Position numbers and translations under genes: made by a program. Source: an uncultured delta proteobacterium (GTDB lineage: Bacteria; Desulfobacterota; Binatia; UBA9968). From it: a stretch of DNA of 64,000 nt. The stretch spans positions 32,001 to 96,000 of the forward strand of contig CAWDPO010000042.1 of assembly GCA_963804165.1 (NCBI GenBank), in the 5' to 3' direction. The notes below the pieces were generated by a model, which was given only the letters and a program-made list of their open reading frames with translations, did no database searches and was not told the origin of the DNA. Shown one piece after another: positions 58,309 to 64,000 of this stretch (its first letter is position 1; each line of letters starts with the position of its first letter).

Positions 58309-59598
58309 TCAGCCATTTTTGCTTGAATGCTGTTTTGTACACTTTTTTGCCCCCAAGTTGGACGTTTTCAGACTTGCCCCCAAAGAAATTTTAGGCGACT
58401 CCCCAAGCCTGAGACCGCTATCTTTCATGCGCTCCTGCATCGCGCGCAGATACTTTGTTGTCGTCGTCAAGTTCGTGTGTCTCATCAAGCTCATCAGCAC
58501 GCGCGGGTCATCTGGTCTGAACCGTGCTAGCGAAGTAATCGCGCATGTCCTTCGGTCGCAGCTTCACGCTCGGCTGAATATTGCTCGATCCACAGGCAAA
58601 GCAACCAATGCCTTCGTCGACGTTGACCGACCTACATTTCGAGCAGCAATGGATGCGCGAGACGGCTTCGATTCGTTTGCAGTCCCGGCAGTGGCGACGC
58701 TTGCCGATGTTGCCGCCCGAACAGTCCGTGCAGCGAGAAGTAAGCCGCTCGATCTTCTCGAACAGGCGCCGGCGCGAATAGATTTTTTTCCCTTGGTCTG
58801 AGCCGATCGGCCGGCAAAGACATAATCAGACATGCTCCCAGCCTTGTGCTTTTTGAGACTTTCAATCAATGCCGGCGCCAACGGAAGGTATGCGTCGGAC
58901 TCGTCAGTCTTCGTGCCGCGGCAATGAAAATAACCTTCATCGAAGTTAATATCTTCCCATCGGAGCCGGTTCGCTTCGTCCTTCCGTAATCCGCTGAAAC
59001 GTAGAAAATCAAAGTAAGCTCTATCGGCCGGATTCTCGATGCTCTCTGCCGCTCTTTCCACTGCGGGTAGATTTAGCGGCGCCTTCTTCGGTTTCGTGCT
59101 GCCGATGATGCTTGTATCGAGTGCATCAACAGGATTTTTCACGAGCAGGTTTTTTTCAATCGCCCAATTGAGCAGCGCCCGAAGGTTTGTCACGTCATGC
59201 CACACCGTTTTCGGCTTAACGTTTCGCTCTCGCTGTATCACGAGCTTTTGGACCTGATCTGACGTAATGGATCCGATCGGCGTTGCCGCACCGAAGAACG
59301 GAATGATGATCTTGTCGAAGTTCCATCTCATGCCGTCGATTCGCCACCCGGAACGGCCTTTTTCTGCGGATTCCACGAGGTACGCGCTGACCACGGTTAT
59401 CAGTGCCGTTGGCGGTAACTCCGGCGTCTTGGGTCTGCTCGCCACCTCTGTCTTGAGCTCAATGAGTGCCGCCTTCGCCTCTTCCCGCGTTGCCCAGACG
59501 TAGCGCTTGTAAGTGCGCCCTTGTAGGCAAACCCTGTAACCCCAGCGGTCCCGCTCCGCCCGATACTCGATTCCGTTTCTCTTTTTTCTCTTTGCCAT
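58309..59598 (-). CDS. Tyrosine recombinase/integrase with an internal 4xCxxC insertion (two frameshifts)
   Basis: Arm-type N-terminus, SGLRKDE, RGTKT, YVFAG, RPKDMRDYFAS, MRHTNLTTTTKY. Confidence 0.88.
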
Positions 59599-59773
59599 CG
59601 TTCCCCCGCTGGTAGTGAACGCGTAGATTTATATATGTGTCTACGTCCTCTTGTCGATAACGCCTAACGCCCTTTCCGGCGCCTACTCTTACGAACGGTA
59701 TCCCGAGAGTTGCAACGGTTCGCTTTTTTACTTGCAGCTGCGCCGCGACTTGTCTGTCCGTGAGAAGGATCAA
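59459..59773 (-). CDS. Excisionase-like winged HTH protein
   Basis: LLTDRQVAAQLQVKKRTV...IPFVRVG...RRYRQEDVDTYI; directly upstream of int. Confidence 0.75.
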   Translation of the reverse strand: MILLTDRQVAAQLQVKKRTVATLGIPFVRVGAGKGVRRYRQEDVDTYINLRVHYQRGNDGKEKKEKRNRVSGGAGPLGLQGLPTRAHLQALRLGNAGRGEGGTH

Positions 59774-59945
59774 CGCCCGCCTCCTTTGCGACGAACGAAA
59801 TCAACAGCTCCATCGGCGGCGTGACGATCATCTCGCCCCGCTCCATGCGCGCAACCGAATTGCGGGTCATTCTTACCTTGGCCGCAAATTCGTGCTGCGT
59901 AACCCCCAATGCACGGCGAATGTCGCCTAGCTGTTTGCCGGTCAT
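59664..59945 (-). CDS. XRE-family HTH regulator
   Basis: QLGDIRRALGVTQHEFAAKVRMTRNSVARMERG. Confidence 0.85.
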   Translation of the reverse strand: MTGKQLGDIRRALGVTQHEFAAKVRMTRNSVARMERGEMIVTPPMELLISFVAKEAGVDPSHGQTSRGAAASKKANRCNSRDTVRKSRRRKGR

Positions 59946-60016
59946 GATACATAACGTATACTGCTTTTGTGTAACCCTGTCAATGCTAATGAACGCCCCG
60001 GGCCATCAAATGTGGC

Positions 60017-61291
60017 TGTAGTAGCAACGTGATTATGACAGGGGCTAACGGCAACGTAATTATGTCAGGGTGGGAGGATGACAACCCTGACGATGCAAGA
60101 CGAGAAGCGACTAGACGTAATACAACGAGTGAATCGAAGCGAGCTGACCGTGGTGCAAGCGGCACTGGTGATGGGACTAAGCGAACGGCAGTGTTACCGG
60201 ATCAAAGCATGTGTCGGTAAAGCCGGAGCCAAGGGAATCGTTCACGGTAACCGCGGACGGCCCTGTAAACGCAAGACCAAGGAGAAGACGGTTAGACGTG
60301 TCTTGGAATTAGCCCGAGGTAAATACCAAGGCTTCAACGACCATCATCTGACCGAGAAGCTCAAAGAACAAGAACAGATCGAGCTCAGCCGTGAGAAAGT
60401 CCGCCGTATCCTTCGTGCCCACGGGATCGGCTCCCCCAAGAAGCGTCGCGGGATTAAGCACCGAAGCCGCAGAGAAAGACGGGCCAGTGAGGGGATGATG
60501 CTCCTGCCACGAGCAAAGTCATGGGAGCCTTTTTTGCCCCGGCCGAGAGTTCCTGGGGTTACTTCCATCTGTTCTCCGAGATCTTCAAGCAGCATGGAGT
60601 ATCCCAGTCGATCTATACGGACTGTCACTCGGTATTCTGGACCGATCGGGAACCGACGTTAGAGGAGCAGTTGATCAACAGAAAACCCACCACCGAAGTC
60701 GGTCGAGGCTTGGAAGAGCTCGGGGTGACCTTGATCCTAGCCCATTCCCCTCAGGCCAAGGGGAGAATCGAGAGACTGTGGAACACTTTCCAGGACCGGC
60801 TGGTCAGTGAGCTGCGGTTGGCCAGGGCCAAGAGCGTGCAACAGGCAACCGTGGTCCTGGATCGTTATCTCCCCGTGCATAACCGTAAGTTTGCTAAGCC
60901 CGCTAAAGCACAGCCGGCCTGGAGAAAAGTCAGTGCTCTTAAGATCGAACGAGATTTGTGTTTCAAACAACAGCGCACAGTGGCTAAGGACAACACGGTA
61001 ACTTTCGAACGGACGGTTTTGCAGATCCCAAGACCTCGCCCTTTCGTTCTCACGCCAACAAAAGAGTCGAGGTCAACGTGATGTTGGACGGTGCGGTGGA
61101 GATTTTCTACAAGACTGAGAAAATCGCAACCTTCGATTCAAAAACAACGCACGCAATTGGCCTATATCGAACGATCGGAAAAAAGGAGGGGTTCCGCTAT
61201 GGTCCGCTTTCTAGGCTGGCCATTCAACCTGAGGTGTCACCCTGACATTTTTACCTTGCTGTTAACATGACATATTGACGTTGCTACGACA
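60017..61291 (+). mobile_element. IS1202-family (ISNCY) insertion sequence with 16-bp target duplication
   Basis: TGT...ACA ends with imperfect IRs and repeated subterminal motifs; GGCCATCAAATGTGGC at both 60001-60016 and 61292-61307. Confidence 0.9.
60078..61245 (+). pseudogene. IS1202-type DDE transposase with internal deletion and frameshift
   Basis: HGNRGR, YQGFNDHHLTEKL, SIYTDCHSVF, AHSPQAKGRIERLWNTFQDRL; the expected DGS...IDD segment is absent at ~60505. Confidence 0.85.
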
Positions 61292-61394
61292 GGCCATCAA
61301 ATGTGGCTTGTTAACATTCTCACTAGTCCTGTATGCTAAACTTGGTGTATCCAATGGCATAGGCTGCCCAACGGCAACAAAGCCACAGCGAGCA

Positions 61395-61826
61395 ATGGCA
61401 GAAGCAGAAGCTCTTGAGACCATTCTCGGCTCATTCGTCGTCGGTGGATTCGCCATCGCGGTTGTCTACTTCGCGGTTAGGGTCCGGGCGCGTAGAACCG
61501 CCCAGGCGCTCTTTGTCGATTCCGTCCACGAGATCTTGTTCGACATATATCCCGAACCGCCTAACTGGCCGAAAAATAGTCGGCAAGTATTGCAAGAGCG
61601 CATGCCCGAGATGCAATTCGCGATCAACCAATTGCGCCCACACCTTCGCAAACGAGAAGTCGCTCGCCTGGACGACGCATGGACCAAATATAAGAACTAC
61701 TGTCGCCAAATTAACGATACAGAAATAGCTGCTCTCCCTTTTTCTCAATCGACTTCGTCTGTGGATCAAAAAGGGCGATTCAAAGCTCACGTCGATCAAC
61801 TCCTGTCGTATGCAAAGCACATTTAA
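61395..61826 (+). CDS. Hypothetical protein with N-terminal TM helix (element cargo)
   Basis: TM segment ILGSFVVGGFAIAVVYFAV then a helical domain; opposite strand to the element core. Confidence 0.65.
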   Translation: MAEAEALETILGSFVVGGFAIAVVYFAVRVRARRTAQALFVDSVHEILFDIYPEPPNWPKNSRQVLQERMPEMQFAINQLRPHLRKREVARLDDAWTKYKNYCRQINDTEIAALPFSQSTSSVDQKGRFKAHVDQLLSYAKHI

Positions 61827-61905
61827 AATTTTCGCGTATTCTTCGTTGCGGATCTGATCGACCAAAAGGTCAAACGGACTCTTGGCCGGCTCGCCCATTT
61901 TTTAT

Positions 61906-62310
61906 CTACGCGCCCACGCCGGCGAACTTCTCGCGAAACGCTTGATAGTCCCTATTGAGCGCCTGTAGCTGGGTGGTCCGCTCGGCAACCTTCCTGTCTA
62001 GTTCCTCGATGCGAAGCCGACGCGCGTCCATGGTCGCGTACTGCTCATATTCTTTTTCCCAAGTTGCGAGTTGGCTTTTCTTTGCTTCGATTTGCGACTC
62101 AAGCGCTTTGATTTCGGCGTTGCGCTTATCCCATGCTTCATTGAGTATTTCGTTGGCTTGCTTCAGCTTTTCATTCTCTTCGGCGCTCGCCTGATATTCG
62201 ATCGCACTGCGCAGTGTGCTTGCTTGCCACTCGGCGAATTCCAAAAATTTGGCTAATTCTTTTTGCTTGTCCATCGTCTTGCTTTTCCCTTTCGTGTTTT
62301 TGTTACTCAA
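61906..62310 (-). CDS. Hypothetical coiled-coil protein
   Basis: Continuous E/K/Q-rich heptads; 4-nt overlap with the upstream gene. Confidence 0.75.
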   Translation of the reverse strand: MSNKNTKGKSKTMDKQKELAKFLEFAEWQASTLRSAIEYQASAEENEKLKQANEILNEAWDKRNAEIKALESQIEAKKSQLATWEKEYEQYATMDARRLRIEELDRKVAERTTQLQALNRDYQAFREKFAGVGA

Positions 62311-62882
62311 ACAGTCTTTTGTCGCGCGTTGAATTTGGTGTTGATGCTCAATGGCTCCGGCCGTTCTGCAGGCGCGGTGATCGCAACCGGTGCCGCACGT
62401 TCACTGATCGCGGCGCAGTCAGCGAGCGCTTGAATGTAGCCGCCGACCTGGCGCATGTAGCGCCGACAAGTACCCTCCACGTCGCCCGGCGAAAGGAACG
62501 CGCCATACTCCCGAATAAGCGTTGCCCGCTTAACTCGATCAACCTCGTCCACGTAAACCGTTTGCCTGATGTGCTGCCAGCCAAGCTTGCTAAAATGGCT
62601 GACCGCGTTGCGGATCTGGTTTGGCACCTCGAATAACTTTTCGATTTCCCACAGTAGGTGAGAAATTTCCTGATGAGCGATATTGGCCGCCTTTACCTCG
62701 GCAACGAAGGGCTTGGCCTCTTTCTGAAAGAACGCGTCCAAGGCTGTTGCACGTTCGATTCCTTTCGGCGTTATTGCGTCGAGCTCCTTACGAAACTCTT
62801 TGACTGCCTCGGCCTTTCGCTTTTCGATTTCCTCGTCTGTAGGCCCGCCGACTACTTTTAGCTGGTCAGAGAAAGAATTCAT
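62307..62882 (-). CDS. Hypothetical protein
   Basis: 191-aa ORF with AAGGAGG SD. Confidence 0.75.
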   Translation of the reverse strand: MNSFSDQLKVVGGPTDEEIEKRKAEAVKEFRKELDAITPKGIERATALDAFFQKEAKPFVAEVKAANIAHQEISHLLWEIEKLFEVPNQIRNAVSHFSKLGWQHIRQTVYVDEVDRVKRATLIREYGAFLSPGDVEGTCRRYMRQVGGYIQALADCAAISERAAPVAITAPAERPEPLSINTKFNARQKTV

Positions 62883-62895
62883 GAATATCCTCCTT

Positions 62896-63372
62896 TTACT
62901 TTTGTGTCGCGAAACGGTGAATTAATTTGATGATGTCTGGATCATCGAACAAGCCTGGATAACGCTCGTAGAGCGCCTGGCCTTGCTCCATGGGTATGTG
63001 CTTCAGTGCAAAACCGTGAACAACGGCGATATTATCGTCGTACCGATCGGCCCAATCAGATCGGAGCACTCCCTCTGACGCTGCGCGCGCTGCAATGGGA
63101 TCTTCATGGCTCTGGGCGTCGAAGTCGCGAGCAGCCGCCGCCATCTGCTGTTCAAGTTGTCCGCCGCCAATCACTTCCTCGCCGGGATATTTCAAATCAA
63201 AAAGTGCATCCACCAGCGCCTTAGCCTCAGCGTCGCCCGCATGAAATTTGTGATGCATCGCATGAGATGAGTCACGGATAATTTTTTCCGCCTCTTTGAC
63301 GGCGCCCTCGGAAGTCGGCATTTGTCCCTGAAAGTAGCTGGGCAAATCGATTCGCCCGGTGATTTCGCTCAT
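62896..63372 (-). CDS. Hypothetical protein resembling phage capsid scaffolding proteins
   Basis: SD AAAGGA; LRSDWADRYDDNI...GLFDDPDIIKLI motif. Confidence 0.6.
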   Translation of the reverse strand: MSEITGRIDLPSYFQGQMPTSEGAVKEAEKIIRDSSHAMHHKFHAGDAEAKALVDALFDLKYPGEEVIGGGQLEQQMAAAARDFDAQSHEDPIAARAASEGVLRSDWADRYDDNIAVVHGFALKHIPMEQGQALYERYPGLFDDPDIIKLIHRFATQK

Positions 63373-63509
63373 AGTGTTTGTTCCTTTCTTCCATGTGTGT
63401 TTTTTCCAGATTTTGCTGTCAAACCGTCAAAACGATTTATGAGTTCGACACTTGAGTCGTTTTTTCATGTGTCAAATGGATTCCCCTTTTGACAGATAGA
63501 AAAATCACT

Positions 63510-64000
63510 TCAGTCTTTATTCTTATTGCTGTCTTGACGGTTTGACGGATAAATCTCGATATTATCGGGAAGGTAACGCGCGCGCAGCTCCTTGACCCAT
63601 TCACGCCCGATGGAATAACCCCTACTCTTGCCGTCTTTTGACGGCCTGGGGTATGCCCCAAACTTCTTTAACTGTCCAGCGAGCTTTCGCGTCGAATCGA
63701 TCCAAGACAGTTCAGCCGTTACCCTCGCGAGTAGATCCGCCGATAGAACGAATATGGTTTCCTCATCCGGCTTTTCGTTGAGACATGCCTCTAAGACGGT
63801 AACGAGTCCGGAAAGCGTAGAGTCTTCCGACGCGGTGCCCTTCGTGCCGGCCATGTCGCGCAGTAGGTCGCAGAAGCGCTCAGTTACAGCACCGCGTCCG
63901 TTGGAAAACTCGCAATCTGAAAAGATGGCAATTGTTAGCAGCGGTTCAACGATGTCTAAAAATCTATCGTCAAGGTCCTTAAGTCTATCGGTTGTCGCCA
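63510..64000 (-). CDS. DUF3631-like replication protein, C-terminal part (runs off the window)
   Basis: LDDRFLDIVEPLLTIA...SADLL...RKLAGQLKKFGAYP...RGY...RARYL. Confidence 0.65.
   Translation of the reverse strand, partial: ATTDRLKDLDDRFLDIVEPLLTIAIFSDCEFSNGRGAVTERFCDLLRDMAGTKGTASEDSTLSGLVTVLEACLNEKPDEETIFVLSADLLARVTAELSWIDSTRKLAGQLKKFGAYPRPSKDGKSRGYSIGREWVKELRARYLPDNIEIYPSNRQDSNKNKD

Larger units (their letters stand above)
58243..64000 (-). mobile_element. Integrative element (phage-satellite/PICI-like) at tRNA-Met; continues beyond the window
   Basis: Integrase abuts the tRNA 3' end, followed by xis-like, XRE, small hypothetical genes and a DUF3631-type replication gene. Confidence 0.78.

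Noticed and set aside
58783-58792. Programmed -1 frameshift at G GGA AAA AAA in the integrase
   Set aside because: The site is slippery-like, but the gene has a second unrelated indel near 58512 and homopolymer errors pervade the window; sequencing error is more parsimonious.
61431-61898. Minus-strand 155-aa ORF (MGEPAKSPFDLLVDQIR...)
   Set aside because: Mostly antisense to the 61395-61826 gene; only the first ~17 codons look like a real start, possibly a truncated gene remnant.

Overview
GC-rich bacterial chromosomal window. Gene content suggests a deltaproteobacterium/Binatota-like organism (inference). Most of 1-58 kb is housekeeping: dgkA, a molybdoenzyme large subunit, lhr, lepB/lepA, UDP-sugar genes, mtnP-rlmN-ndk-sucDC-mdh-icd, a complete ccm cytochrome c maturation operon, a catabolic cluster, EF-G2, coaX-birA-nadC-valS, tRNA-Leu, quinone genes, an orphan nuoB, csp and thrB. 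Many genes, including essential ones, are broken by single-base indels in blocks, which most likely reflects long-read assembly error. Mobile DNA: an IS1634 with defined ends inside a small accessory islet, and the left part of an element integrated at tRNA-Met. That element carries an integrase, xis-like and XRE genes, an internally deleted IS1202-family IS with a 16-bp TSD, a scaffold-like protein, iteron-like repeats and a DUF3631-type replication protein. The best novelty candidates are (i) a ~250-nt highly paired, pseudoknot-capable non-coding region upstream of csp, and (ii) a satellite-like element whose tyrosine integrase has four CxxC motifs inserted inside its catalytic domain.
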